The notes: generated by a model not told the origin, from the sequence alone. 64,000 nucleotides of DNA from SAR202 cluster bacterium (GCA_016872285.1 VGZZ01000007.1:180-64179); one strand, 5' to 3'. Shown: positions 46,116 to 56,642, numbered from the stretch's first letter. A program made the numbers and translations.

Positions 46116-47135
46116 ATGACCCTCTACCGCACCCTCCTCCGTCCCCTCCTCTTCTCGCTCCCCCCAGAAAAGTCCCACCGACTAGCCGAATTTGCCCTCA
46201 AACAACGCTTCCTCTGGCGCGCCCTCTCCCCCCTCTACCACGTCTCCGATCCCCGACTCCACACCTCTCTAGCCGGCATCCCCATCCCCAATCCCGTCGG
46301 CCTCGCCGCCGGCTTCGACAAGAACTGCGAATACTTGCCCTCCATCCTCAATCTCGGCTTCGGCTACGTCACCGGCGGCACCGTCACCCCCGGTCCAAGA
46401 CCCGGCAATCCCAGACCCCGACTATTGCGCCTAAAAGCCCAGCAAGCCCTCATCAACTCCCTGGGCTTCCCCGGCAAAGGCAGCGACGCCGCCCGCCGCA
46501 CCCTCGAAAAAAAACCTGCTCATCCCCTTATCCTTAGCATCGCCGGCCTCAGCGTTGACGACTTCGTGGAGTGCTGCCGCCGCCTGGAAGCCTTCGCCGA
46601 CGCGCTGGAGCTGAACGTCAGTTCCCCCAACACCGCCGGCCTCCGCGTCTTCCACCAGCCCCAGGAATTCCGACGCCTCCTGGACTCCGTCAACGCCGTC
46701 CGCCGCAAGCCCCTCCTCATCAAACTCCCCCCCTTCGCCGACGACAAAAGCCGCTATGAAATCATATCCTTGGTCCAAATCGCTAAAGCCTCGGGCGTAA
46801 ACGGCCTCACCGTCGCCAACACCCGCCCCGTAAAAGAGCCTCGACTCGCCGTCGGCGCGGGCGGCCTCAGCGGCAAGCCCCTCCTCCCAGACACCCTCGC
46901 CATGGTCGTCGAGGTCAGAAAAGAGGTCGGCCCCGCCATGACCATCAACGCCTGTGGCGGCATCTTCACCGCCGGCGACGCCATACAGGCCCTCCGCATT
47001 GGCGCTAACACTGTCCAGCTTTACACCGGCCTCATCTACCACGGCCCCGGCGTCGCCCGCGCGATAAACAAAGGCATCCTCCAATATCTAGACGAGCACC
47101 GCCTGCCGGACGTCAAAGCCATATCCGGCTCGTAG
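46116..47135 (+). CDS. pyrD: dihydroorotate dehydrogenase (quinone), class 2
   Basis: 339 aa with 'NPVGLAAGFDKN', 'GFGYVTGGTVTP..GNPRPRL' and 'NSLGFPG'. Confidence 0.9.
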   Translation: MTLYRTLLRPLLFSLPPEKSHRLAEFALKQRFLWRALSPLYHVSDPRLHTSLAGIPIPNPVGLAAGFDKNCEYLPSILNLGFGYVTGGTVTPGPRPGNPRPRLLRLKAQQALINSLGFPGKGSDAARRTLEKKPAHPLILSIAGLSVDDFVECCRRLEAFADALELNVSSPNTAGLRVFHQPQEFRRLLDSVNAVRRKPLLIKLPPFADDKSRYEIISLVQIAKASGVNGLTVANTRPVKEPRLAVGAGGLSGKPLLPDTLAMVVEVRKEVGPAMTINACGGIFTAGDAIQALRIGANTVQLYTGLIYHGPGVARAINKGILQYLDEHRLPDVKAISGS

Positions 47136-47209
47136 CTAAAATTTCGGTTGTCATATTCGCCTTTCAGAGTGATAATAAGAACGCCCTTTTCATATGCCGC
47201 CTCAGAAAG

Positions 47210-47584
47210 GTGCCCATGGCCATCACCCACATCAGCGCCATAACCCTGGCCGTGCGAGACATGGCCAGAGCCCTCGCCTTCTACAGGAAGCTGGACCTAC
47301 CCGTCACCTACGGCGGCGAGGACTCCTTCTTCACCACCCTCAAGGCCGGCGAGACCTCTATAAACCTAATCCTGGCTCCCGCGCGGCAGCAGGACTGGTG
47401 GGGCAGAATAATCATTCGTGTCGATGACGTGGACCAGATCCACCGCCAGCTTAAAGACGCCGGCCTGGACCCCGAAGAGCCCCGCAACGCCGCCTGGGGT
47501 GAGCGCTTTTTCCATATCTGGGACCCGGACGGTCACGAGCTCAGCTTCGCCGAGCGACTTTCCAGAGATGGGTCCTCTTCTTGA
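47210..47584 (+). CDS. VOC/glyoxalase family protein
   Basis: 124 aa with 'ISAITLAVRDMARALAFYRKL' and '..FHIWDPDGHELSF'. Confidence 0.8.
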   Translation: MPMAITHISAITLAVRDMARALAFYRKLDLPVTYGGEDSFFTTLKAGETSINLILAPARQQDWWGRIIIRVDDVDQIHRQLKDAGLDPEEPRNAAWGERFFHIWDPDGHELSFAERLSRDGSSS

Positions 47585-48387
47585 GCCTCATCTCCCTCTC
47601 GGAGCAGCTCCTCGCCGCATCCTGCGGCGACTCCTCCCAGAGCGACTTCCTCAGGTCCTTTTTCCGCGACGCCTACCGCGATAGCAGCCTGGAACTGACA
47701 ACCGCCCTGGGCAAGTCCCTCGATTTGAACGAGTGGAACCGCGTCCTGGAAGTCCCCTCCGACGACGGCCACGGCGCCCTCTACCTCCACCAGACCTATC
47801 GATGCCAGGTCATCGGTATCGAACCTAACGAAGACCGGGTCGGCGAGGCGCGACGCATGGCCTTCAAGAACAAGCTCTTCGACAAAATCACCTTCCGCGT
47901 CGCTACCCCAGACAGCCTCAAGGAGCGCGACGGCGACTTCGACGCCCTCGCCGGCTGCCTCGCCCTCTCCTCCGCCTCCGACAAGCCCCTCGTCGCCTCT
48001 GAGTTGCGGCGCGTCCTCCGCCCCGGCGCCCGCCTTGCCCTGGCCGAGGTGGCCGTCAATCCACCCCTGCCGCCCGGCCTCCGTCCCTTGACCTCCACCG
48101 ACGCCATCGGCCAGGCCCTCCCTATCGAGTCCTACCAGTCCCTCCTCCAACACGCTGGATTCCAAGCCATCCGGCAGACGGACTCCTCAGGCATCCTCCA
48201 GAACCTGGTCAAAAAGCTTCAGACCCGCACCCTCATGGCCCGTCTGGCCGTCACCGGCGACCAGTTCAACGTCGACCTCAAAGCCAGCCGCCAAGACCTT
48301 CAAGGCGCCCAGCAGCTTTTCGCCTCCCTCTCCCAGGCCGTAGAGGCTCGACAAGTCGGCCTCGCCATCATTACCGCTTCTGCCTGA
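47581..48387 (+). CDS. class I methyltransferase-fold protein with divergent motif I
   Basis: 'VLEVPSDDGHGALYL' replaces the usual VLDxGxGxG. Downstream 'RVLRPGARLALAE' is typical of post-motif II/III. TTG start overlaps the upstream stop. Confidence 0.5.
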   Translation: MSLISLSEQLLAASCGDSSQSDFLRSFFRDAYRDSSLELTTALGKSLDLNEWNRVLEVPSDDGHGALYLHQTYRCQVIGIEPNEDRVGEARRMAFKNKLFDKITFRVATPDSLKERDGDFDALAGCLALSSASDKPLVASELRRVLRPGARLALAEVAVNPPLPPGLRPLTSTDAIGQALPIESYQSLLQHAGFQAIRQTDSSGILQNLVKKLQTRTLMARLAVTGDQFNVDLKASRQDLQGAQQLFASLSQAVEARQVGLAIITASA

Positions 48388-48450
48388 CGGCTATTGTATT
48401 TTGTTGCGTAGTCAACTAAAATAGCTTTGATAACTTTTGGAGGACTACTA

Positions 48451-48966
48451 ATGGTTAAATTTAAAGGCATCAACCACCTGGCCATGGTCACCGGCGACAT
48501 GGACAAGACCGTCCGATTCTATCGCGACATCCTCGGCATGCCCCTCGTGGCTACCACCGGCAACAAGCGCGGCAGCTACCCCTACCGCCACTACTTCTTC
48601 GAGCTGGGACAAGGCAACACCATCGCCTTCTTCGAATGGCCCGGCATGGTGGACGAATTCCACAAGCCCGCCGGCCAGCCTGCCCGAGGCCGCTGGCAGT
48701 TCGACCACGTTTCCTTCAACGTTGAGGACGAAAACGCCCTCCTGGCGCTCAAAGCCCACCTGGAAGCCAGCGGCGTGGAGGTCACCGAAGTCATCGACCA
48801 CAAGATCATCCACTCCATCTACTTCACCGACCCCAATGGCATCGCCCTGGAGGCCTCCTACTGGGTCAAAGACCCCACCGGCAAAGACCTGGACCTCTCC
48901 GACCCCAACTTCTTCCAGGACCCCAACCCGGTACCCTCCGCCCAACCCCCCGTAAAAGTATCTTAG
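48451..48966 (+). CDS. VOC family protein (glyoxalase/dioxygenase fold)
   Basis: ATG 48451 after GGAGGA, with 'INHLAMVTGDMDKTVRFYRDILGM' and 'SIYFTDPNGIALE'. Confidence 0.8.
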   Translation: MVKFKGINHLAMVTGDMDKTVRFYRDILGMPLVATTGNKRGSYPYRHYFFELGQGNTIAFFEWPGMVDEFHKPAGQPARGRWQFDHVSFNVEDENALLALKAHLEASGVEVTEVIDHKIIHSIYFTDPNGIALEASYWVKDPTGKDLDLSDPNFFQDPNPVPSAQPPVKVS

Positions 48967-48990
48967 TCAGATAGTTTCCCGCCTTACATC

Positions 48991-49025
48991 AAGCGCCCCG
49001 ACTAACGTCGGGGCGCTTTCGTTTG
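48991..49025 (+). terminator. rho-independent terminator
   Basis: AAGCGCCCCGAC-taac-GTCGGGGCGCTT followed by TCGTTTG, 25 nt after the stop. Confidence 0.7.
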
Positions 49026-49207
49026 TAGCTCTTACCTCGTCCCTCTCCCTGCATAATGACCTTTAAGGACTACCCACAAGAACTCTTTTGAGCATGTTTT
49101 CAGGGCTAACTGTCACTAAACTCTTGTCAGTGAATGCGTTCAGAGTGTCACCGTCATTAGCAATCAATGCATCACGGCTGGCATATTGAATTTCCTATCA
49201 GGTTCTC

Positions 49208-49350
49208 CCCCTTCGGCCTGGAAGGCGAAGGGGGAGTTAGACGCTGTCCTGAGTATGTCGAAGGAGGGGGTTGTGGTGTATTTAATTTCTTTCCCTCTTC
49301 TCAGAAAGGAGAAGAGGGACTAAGGGTGATGAGGTCCTCCCGAATGAAAA
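49208..49350 (-). repeat. mosaic hairpin repeat, family B (reverse) with inserted module
   Basis: 'caggttctcccccttcggcctggaaggcgaagggggagttaga' + 'cgctgtcctgagtatgtcgaagg' + '..ccctcttctcagaaaggagaagaggg..ggtgatgagg'. Confidence 0.85.
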
Positions 49351-49401
49351 CAAGGCTGGCTACCTCTACCAAACCATCGAATGTGTCCAAATCCTAGCCC
49401 C

Positions 49402-51040
49402 ATGATCACCAAACGCGCCCCCTACAATCTCCGCCTCGGCCCCCACCGGCCCGCCGTGGACAAAGCCCTCGCCCAAATCCACCGCCAGCGCCTCATCCAG
49501 CGCATCTGGGACGAAGACCACACCGTCTGGCGCCACGACCCCACCGAAATCGCCGACCGCCTCGGCTGGCTCACCGTCACCGACGCTATGTGGCCGCAGG
49601 TCCGCAGCCTGGAAACCTTTGCCCTCGCCGTCCGTGAGGAAGGCATCCAGCACGTCGTCCTGTTGGGTATGGGCGGCAGTGCCCTAGGCCCCGACGTCCT
49701 CCAGCGCACCCTCGGCCCCACACCGGGCTTCCCCCAACTCCTCGTCCTCGACTCCACCGTCCCCGCAGCTATTAAGGCAACCCTCGATATCATAGAACCT
49801 TCCCGAACCCTCTTCCTCGTATCCTCCAAGTCGGGCACTACACTGGAAACCCTTACCATCTACAGCTTCTTCCGCGCTAAAGTCGAGGAATCCGTAGGCA
49901 AAGCTGACGCTGGCAAACACTTCGTCGCTATCACCGACCCCGGCACGCCCCTGGTCTCCCTTGCCGACGAACAAAACTTCCGCCGCGCCTTCCTCAACCC
50001 CCCAGACATCGGCGGGCGATATTCCGTCCTCTCCTACTTCGGCCTCGTCCCTGCCGCCCTCGCCGGCTACAACCTGGAACGCCTCCTGGACCAGGCCGAC
50101 ACCATGCGCCGCGCCACCGGCGCCGATGTCCCCGCCGACGCCAACCACGCCGCCTGGCTCGCCGCCCTCATGGCCGCCTTGTCGATGCAAGGCCGCGACA
50201 AGCTCACCCTGGTGGCCTCGCCCTCCATAGAACCCTTCGGCCTGTGGATCGAGCAGATGCTCGCGGAGAGTTCCGGCAAGGACGGGAAGGGCATTATCCC
50301 CGTCACCGGCGAGCCCCTGATGCCTCCCGCCGTCTACTCCGACGACCGCTTTTTTATTAACCTCAGGTCCGGCCCTGACGACACCGCCTCCAGCCGCGCC
50401 CTGCAATCCCTTGCCCGCGCAGGCCACCCCATAGCCACCCTAGACATCCCTGACCCCTACGCCCTGGGCGCCGAGTTCTTCTGCTGGGAGCTTGCCACCG
50501 CCATCGCCTGCGCCCTCCTCAGCGTCCACCCCTTTGACCAGCCCAACGTCCAGCAGGCCAAGGACATGGCTAACCGCCTGCTCAAAGAAGGGTCTAATCG
50601 GGATATGCCTTCAACTACGCCTGGCGCTTCCTCAGTCCAGTCGCTGCTGCAAAACGTCTCCCCCGGCGACTATCTAGCCATCCTGGCCTACCTCCCTGCC
50701 TCTCCTCCCGTCCACTCGGCCCTCACCGTCATCCGTCGCCGCATCACCGAGAAATATCGAATCGCCACCTGCCTCGGCTACGGCCCCTCCTACCTACACT
50801 CCACCGGCCAGCTTTACAAAGGCGGCCCCCCCCGAGGGCCGATTCCTCTTCATCACCGCCGGCGACGACCAGGACCTCTCCATCCCGGGCCGGGACTACA
50901 CCTTCGGCGACTTAGCCAGCACCCAGGCCCTCGGCGACCTGGCCGCCCTCCAGGCCCTAGGCCGCCCCACCGCCCATATCCACCTCCCCCGCGTTAATGA
51001 GGCCTCTGTCCGGAGTCTTGCAGGCCTGTCAGGCGTCTAA
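49402..51040 (+). pseudogene. pgi: glucose-6-phosphate isomerase (SIS-domain PGI of the transaldolase/PGI type), frameshifted at a C8 run
   Basis: 'VVLLGMGGSALGP', 'VSSKSGTTLET', '..GYGPSYLHSTGQLYKGGPP'. After run 50826..50833 the track frame turns into Pro/Arg junk. The -1 frame reads 'EGRFLFITAGDDQDLSIPGRDYTFGDLASTQALGDLAALQALGR..' to TAA 51038-40. Confidence 0.75.
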
Positions 51041-52002
51041 GCCTCCCCCAGCGTCTTCTTAATCGCCGCCTCCATTTCCACATTCGTCGCCAGCCCTTCA
51101 ATCCTGGCCGTAATAACCCCGTCTCCGCCCATCACAAACACCCACGGCTCCGTCGGCAGCTTCCACTCCCGGAACTCCTGCGTCGGCACCAACCGGCCCT
51201 CCGTCCTCGCTGTCTTTATATCCCAAGGCTCAATGTGGAGAAAATTCATCCTATCGCCGTACTTCTTGTGCATTTCAATCGCCACGTCCGTCACCGGTCC
51301 GCAAATCTGGCTTGTGCAGAACATTGGCGTGGCCCACACCACCATAAAAGGCTTCCCCGCTCCCAGCGCCTCCTGCACCGACATCTCGTGCATGGGGGGA
51401 TACGGCGGGATATGAGTGTCTATCTCCGCCGGGTCGCTGACGTCCTTCAGAGTGGCGTTGCGAGTCGCCGGCGGCCTCTCCCCCACCTCCGGCGCTTCCG
51501 ACCCCTCTCGCACTCGAAAACCCAGCACGCCGGCCTTTGGATTCCTTCCGTCGACGGAAACATCAAACTCGGCCTTCCACACCCCCGGGTTGTCGAACTG
51601 CACTCCGTCCACCACGTAAATCCCCCGCACGTCAAAATGCTCGTGTATCGCGCCGTCGGGGTGCAGGTGCGGCGTCACGCCTTTAAGCTCCCGGTAGTGC
51701 GCCGTTCCAGAAGCCTTCCCGCTTTTATCGCCGTCCACTTGAGTGAACGTCGCGTTGACCTGAGCGCCCGCCAGGGGCGTCCCGTCCCGCGACACCAGCG
51801 CGAAGGGAAAGCGATTGCTCCCCACCGTGAACTCCGTCGCGGCGATGAACGTATTGTATTCCGCTGAAGACGACGAGGGCGTGCCGCTGGCGGCAGGCGT
51901 CGGCGTGCCGCCGTCCGAGCCGCACGCCATTCCGGCCATTGCCAGCATGGTCCCTAGAATTGCTAACAACACTTTTAGCGTCAATTTAGCCTTCCAGTAC
52001 AT
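51037..52002 (-). CDS. lipoprotein with thioredoxin/SCO-like C-terminal region (tentative)
   Basis: Lipobox 'AMAGMAC'. The C-terminal 'FMVVWATPMFCTSQICGP' resembles a thioredoxin-fold active-site region. Function uncertain. Confidence 0.6.
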   Translation of the reverse strand: MYWKAKLTLKVLLAILGTMLAMAGMACGSDGGTPTPAASGTPSSSSAEYNTFIAATEFTVGSNRFPFALVSRDGTPLAGAQVNATFTQVDGDKSGKASGTAHYRELKGVTPHLHPDGAIHEHFDVRGIYVVDGVQFDNPGVWKAEFDVSVDGRNPKAGVLGFRVREGSEAPEVGERPPATRNATLKDVSDPAEIDTHIPPYPPMHEMSVQEALGAGKPFMVVWATPMFCTSQICGPVTDVAIEMHKKYGDRMNFLHIEPWDIKTARTEGRLVPTQEFREWKLPTEPWVFVMGGDGVITARIEGLATNVEMEAAIKKTLGEA

Positions 52003-52228
52003 AAATTAGCTATTTCCAATATCCCAGTCCCGCTCCTCTAATGCAAGCAAGATGACATGCCATTGGCGTCTTTGGCGGCAGACAGGTTTGTCTTGACACC
52101 TCCCATGCCTACTGTTAGGCTACTGCAAGTCTCGAAAATCTGAGTTCCATCGATGGCGGAAACCTTCACCTGCCTCTCCTTCTACATCGTGAACTCTGCA
52201 ATAAACTTCAACAATTAACGGAGAACCA

Positions 52229-53416
52229 ATGCCTGGCAAAATCTACCCTGAGCTAAACATCCCCTCCCGCATCCTCACCAGCACCGGGCCGGTCAACGTT
52301 CACCCTCGAGTTTATAAAGCCATGATGACCCCCGTCATCGGCTACGGCGAAGCCGCCTTCCTGCCAGTTATCGACGGCATCTCCTCCATGCTCGCCGACG
52401 TCTTTCAGACCCGCGAAAACCTCACCATGGCCCTCTCCGCCACCGGCTCCGGCGGCGTCGAGGCTGGTATGCTCAACCTCCTGGAGCCCGGCGACACCGC
52501 TATCATAGGCTCCTACGGCTTCTTCTGCCAGCGCATGGCCGAGATGGCGCGGCGCCAGGGCGCCAACGTTATCGAAGTCCAGGGCGAGTGGGCCCAGCCC
52601 CTGGACCCCAACGCCATCCGGCAGGAAGTCAAGAAGCACCGCAAGGTCAAAGTTATCGGCATGGTCCACGCCGAGACCTCCACCGGCATCAAGCAGCCGC
52701 TAGAAGAGGTCTCCAAAATCGCCAAGGAGCACGACGCCCTCTTCGCCGTCGATGCCGTCACCTCCCTGGCGGGCTGTGAAGTCGCCGTGGACAAGTGGGG
52801 CATCGACTATATCTCCAGCGGCTCCCAGAAGTGCCTCGCCTGCCCCCCCGGCCTCTCCCCCTGCGCCGTCAGCAACAAGGCCTTGAGCGCCGTCAAGGCC
52901 CGGCAGAAGCCTCCCTTCTCCTGGTACCTGGACCTCTCCCTCATCGCCAACTACTGGGGCAAGGACCACGTCTATCACCACACCGTCTCCATGCCCATGC
53001 TCTACGCCCTCTACGAAGGCCTGCGAATCGTCCTCGAGGAAGGCCTGGAAGCGCGATTCGCCCGCCACCAGCGCAACGCCCTGGCCCTCCGCGCCGGCCT
53101 GGAAGCCATGGGTCTCAAGGTCATCTCCAACAAAGACCACCGGCTGCCCCAGATTACTCCCGTGGAGATACCCGCTGGCGTTGACGACGCCAAGGTCCGG
53201 GGCCGCCTGGTCAACGAGTTCAAGACAGAAATCTCTCGCGGCCTGGGCAAGTTCGGCGGCAAAATCTGGCGGATTGGCCTTATGGGCGAGACCAGCACCC
53301 CCGCCAACGTCTACCACGTCCTCTCCGCCCTGGAGAAAATTCTCCCCGAAAACGGCTACGAGGTCCCCGTCGGCGCCGCCACCTCCGCCGCCAGCAAAGT
53401 CCTCGCCAAGTCCTAG
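52229..53416 (+). CDS. class V aminotransferase (alanine/serine--glyoxylate type)
   Basis: 395 aa with 'HAETSTG' and 'SGSQKCL' (PLP lysine). Confidence 0.9.
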   Translation: MPGKIYPELNIPSRILTSTGPVNVHPRVYKAMMTPVIGYGEAAFLPVIDGISSMLADVFQTRENLTMALSATGSGGVEAGMLNLLEPGDTAIIGSYGFFCQRMAEMARRQGANVIEVQGEWAQPLDPNAIRQEVKKHRKVKVIGMVHAETSTGIKQPLEEVSKIAKEHDALFAVDAVTSLAGCEVAVDKWGIDYISSGSQKCLACPPGLSPCAVSNKALSAVKARQKPPFSWYLDLSLIANYWGKDHVYHHTVSMPMLYALYEGLRIVLEEGLEARFARHQRNALALRAGLEAMGLKVISNKDHRLPQITPVEIPAGVDDAKVRGRLVNEFKTEISRGLGKFGGKIWRIGLMGETSTPANVYHVLSALEKILPENGYEVPVGAATSAASKVLAKS

Positions 53417-53488
53417 CCTTTCGAACCCATCAGACCAGCCACGACACGCCATCCAACAGGGTGTCGTGGTTTGTTTTCAGGAGGCCTT

Positions 53489-54556
53489 ATGCCCCCCGTT
53501 AAAATCGCCGTCATTCGCGGTGACGGCATCGGCGTAGACGTCATCGAAGAAGGCCTCAAAGCCCTCCGCGCCGTCGGACGCCGACATAACATCCAGTGGC
53601 AGTTCATCGAATTCCCCTGGGGTTCCGACTACTACTTCCAGCACGGCGCCATGATGCCCCGCGACGGCCTCGACCTCCTCCGGCCCTTCGACGCCATCTA
53701 CTTCGGCGCCGTCGGCCACCCCGAGATCCCTGACCACGTCACCCTGGGCAACCTCCTCCTCCCTATGCGCCGCGGCTTCGACCAGTACGTCTGCCTGCGG
53801 CCCGCCGTCCTTTACCCGGGCGTCGCCTCCCCCCTCGCGGGCAAAAAGCCCGGCGACATCAATATGGCCGTCATTCGCGAGAACACGGAAGGCGAGTACG
53901 CCAACGTCGGCGGCTTTCATTACGCCGGCCTGCCCCAGGAGATGGCCCTTCAGACCTCCGTCTTCACCCGCCATGGCTGTGAGCGCGTCATCCGGTTTGC
54001 CTTCGACCTCGCCCGCAAACGCGGCGGCAAGAAGAAGGTAACCTCCGTCACCAAGTCCAACGCCCTGAGTTATAGCATGGTCCTCTGGGACAACGTATTC
54101 AAAGAGGTCGCCCGCGGCTATCCCGACATTTCCACCCACTCCCTCCTCGTCGACGCCGCCTGCATGGACTTCATCCGACGCCCCGAGTCCTTCGACGTGG
54201 TTGTCGCCAGCAACCTCTTCGGCGACATCCTTACCGACATCGGCGCCATTATCACCGGCAGCATGGGCCTGGCCGCCAGCGCCAACATCAACCCCGAACG
54301 CAAATTCCCCTCCATGTTTGAGCCTGTCCACGGCAGCGCGCCGGACATCGCGGGCAAGGGCATCGCCAACCCCCTGGCGGCCATTCTCTCCGCCGCCATG
54401 ATGCTCCGCCACCTCGGCCACGACCCCGCCGCCGACGCCATAGACGCCGCCGTCCTGGCCCTCCTCCACCGGGGCCACCCCCTCACTCCCGACCTAGGCG
54501 GCAAAGCCGCCACCAAACAGGTGGGTGACGCTGTAGTCAAAGCTCTGGAGTCCTAG
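53489..54556 (+). CDS. tartrate dehydrogenase / D-malate dehydrogenase (isopropylmalate DH family)
   Basis: ATG 53489 after AGGAGG, with 'IAVIRGDGIG', 'IRENTEGEY' and 'NLFGDILTD'. Confidence 0.85.
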   Translation: MPPVKIAVIRGDGIGVDVIEEGLKALRAVGRRHNIQWQFIEFPWGSDYYFQHGAMMPRDGLDLLRPFDAIYFGAVGHPEIPDHVTLGNLLLPMRRGFDQYVCLRPAVLYPGVASPLAGKKPGDINMAVIRENTEGEYANVGGFHYAGLPQEMALQTSVFTRHGCERVIRFAFDLARKRGGKKKVTSVTKSNALSYSMVLWDNVFKEVARGYPDISTHSLLVDAACMDFIRRPESFDVVVASNLFGDILTDIGAIITGSMGLAASANINPERKFPSMFEPVHGSAPDIAGKGIANPLAAILSAAMMLRHLGHDPAADAIDAAVLALLHRGHPLTPDLGGKAATKQVGDAVVKALES

Positions 54557-54623
54557 ATACGCTTCTCGTTGGATAAGGTTTCACTGTGGCTTCGCTCCTT
54601 TGGTGGGCATCTGGATGTCTCTT

Positions 54624-54737
54624 CTGGTCCCCCCTCTTCCCCTATTGCAATAGGAGAAGAGGGGGATAGGGGGTGATGAGGTGATCTAATTTTCTCTTCC
54701 CCTTCCAGCAGGAAGGGGCCAGGGGATGGTATCCCGA
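54624..54737 (-). repeat. mosaic hairpin repeat, family B (reverse)
   Basis: 'cccccctcttcccctattgcaataggagaagaggggg..ggtgatgagg..ccccttccagcaggaagggg..ggggatggtatcccg'. Confidence 0.85.
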
Positions 54738-54739
54738 CT

Positions 54740-55489
54740 ATGAAAAGAATCGCTTTACATTCAAAGTCCAATAGAGGATCAGACGCCCTATCCCCGGCTG
54801 CTAGACAGCAGCTAGCCGCCCTCCAATCTCGCATCATCCGCTGCAAAAAATGCCCCCGCCTCGTCGCCCACCGGCAGGCCGCCGCCCTCCAAATACCCCC
54901 TCGATACGCAGGCTGGGACTACTGGGCAAGACCCCTGCCCTCCTTCGGCGGCCCCAACGCCCGGCTCCTCATCCTCGGCCTCGCCCCCGCGGCCCACGGC
55001 GGCAATCGCACCGGACGCATGTTCACCGGCGACCGCAGCGGCGACTGGGTCTACGGCACTCTCCACAAATTCGGCTTCGCCGCCATCCCCACCTCCGACC
55101 ACAAAGACGACGGCCAGCGCCTAATCGACGCCTATATTACCGCCGCCCTCCACTGCGCCCCGCCCTTAAACAAACCCACCCCCGAAGAACTCGCTAACTG
55201 CCAGCCGTATCTCCTCAACGAACTCAAGCTGCTAAAAAACGTGCGTGTAGTAGTGACCCTGGGTAAAATCGCCTTCGACGCCTACCTGGCCGCCTGCGCC
55301 AAACTAGGCATCGAAATCCCCAAGCCCCGGCCCAAATTCGGCCACGCCGCCGCCTATACCATGCCCAACGGCGTCACCCTCATCGGCTCCTACCACCCCA
55401 GCCAGCAAAACACCTTCACCGGCAAGCTCACCCGCCCCATGTTTGAAGGCATCTTCTCTGAGGCTAGGCACTTAATTAACCAGCCCTAG
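54740..55489 (+). CDS. uracil-DNA glycosylase superfamily protein (family 4/5, UdgB-like)
   Basis: 'CKKCPRL' and 'LILGLAPAAHGGNRTGRMFTGD'. The start codon is uncertain because it is adjacent to a repeat. Confidence 0.8.
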   Translation: MKRIALHSKSNRGSDALSPAARQQLAALQSRIIRCKKCPRLVAHRQAAALQIPPRYAGWDYWARPLPSFGGPNARLLILGLAPAAHGGNRTGRMFTGDRSGDWVYGTLHKFGFAAIPTSDHKDDGQRLIDAYITAALHCAPPLNKPTPEELANCQPYLLNELKLLKNVRVVVTLGKIAFDAYLAACAKLGIEIPKPRPKFGHAAAYTMPNGVTLIGSYHPSQQNTFTGKLTRPMFEGIFSEARHLINQP

Positions 55490-55542
55490 CGCCGCCCAAT
55501 AACGTAGGGGCGCGGTCGCCGCGCCTTTCCTCCCCCTCCCCC

Positions 55543-56523
55543 CTACCACCCCGCGCTAGTGTCATTCGACCCGTTGTTTGTCAGCCTCGTCTGCCCCGTC
55601 CCGTCCGGCTCCACCAAAAACAGCTGCGCGTTGCCGTGCAGGTAAGACGTGAACACAATCCACCGCCCGTTCCTGGACCACGACGGCCCCACGTCCCGCA
55701 CAGCGTTCTGCGTCAGCCGAGTCAGCCCCGAGCCGTCGGCCTTTACCCCGTATATCTCCGGGTTGCCGTCCCGCTGCGACACATACGCCAGCCGCTTGCC
55801 ATCCGGCGACCAGGTTATATTCGACTCGATGTGCGCCTGCCCCGCCACCACCACCCGCGCCAGGTCTTTGCGGCGCAGCACGTGTATCTCCGCGCTGTCG
55901 CGGCCCTGGGCAAAGAACGCTATCAAATCACCTCTCGGCGCCCACACCGGCCCCCAGTTCTTTGATGTGGTCAGCCGCACCATATTCACACCATTCGGGT
56001 TACGAAGGTACAGCCCCGGGTTCCCTCCCTCAGTAATCGCGAACACCAGCCACTCCCCGTCCGGCGACCAGTTCCCAAGGTCCTCCCTCTCCTCGCTGTC
56101 CGTGACCCGTATCAGCTCCTCATCCTTCAGGTCGACGACGTAGACGTCCGGCCTGCCCTCCCGGTCCGCCACAAAGGCGATCCGCCTCCCATTCCTGGAC
56201 CATCGTGGCTGCTCAATATTCAGGCTGGCGAATACCTCCGGCGTCTTATCCTCGCCCTTCCTGTCCACAATCTTCAAATACGAGCGTCCCGCCTCTTTCG
56301 ACAGGTATAAGACCCTGTCCTGCCTCGGCGACCACCTGGGTTCCGACTCCTCCAGCAGGCTAGTGGTCAGCCTCTCCGCCCCCGCGCCATCGCTGTTTAT
56401 CGAATACACCTCCTGCGCGCCGTCCCTGTCCGATATGAAGACCAAGCGGCTGGGGGTGCGCGAGCAGCCCGCCAACACAAAAACTGCCAGGGCGGCCATC
56501 GCCAGCCCCAGGCGCAGAAGCAT
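55543..56523 (-). CDS. TolB-like PD40/WD40 beta-propeller lipoprotein
   Basis: Repeated 'P.WSPDG..iaf.s.r.G...iy' units. Lipobox 'VLAGC'. Start chosen at 'MLLRLGLAMAALAVFVLAGC'; the alternatives at 56556 and 56610 are possible. Confidence 0.8.
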   Translation of the reverse strand: MLLRLGLAMAALAVFVLAGCSRTPSRLVFISDRDGAQEVYSINSDGAGAERLTTSLLEESEPRWSPRQDRVLYLSKEAGRSYLKIVDRKGEDKTPEVFASLNIEQPRWSRNGRRIAFVADREGRPDVYVVDLKDEELIRVTDSEEREDLGNWSPDGEWLVFAITEGGNPGLYLRNPNGVNMVRLTTSKNWGPVWAPRGDLIAFFAQGRDSAEIHVLRRKDLARVVVAGQAHIESNITWSPDGKRLAYVSQRDGNPEIYGVKADGSGLTRLTQNAVRDVGPSWSRNGRWIVFTSYLHGNAQLFLVEPDGTGQTRLTNNGSNDTSAGW

Positions 56524-56642
56524 GGCCCTCTCTAAAAGAGAACTCATCCAACCCATGATAGCGAATGTCCCGACCCTTCCTGAATGGAATTTTGAACATA
56601 GATAGGGCAAAATTATGTCAATGCCTTGCTAGGAGTCCCCCA

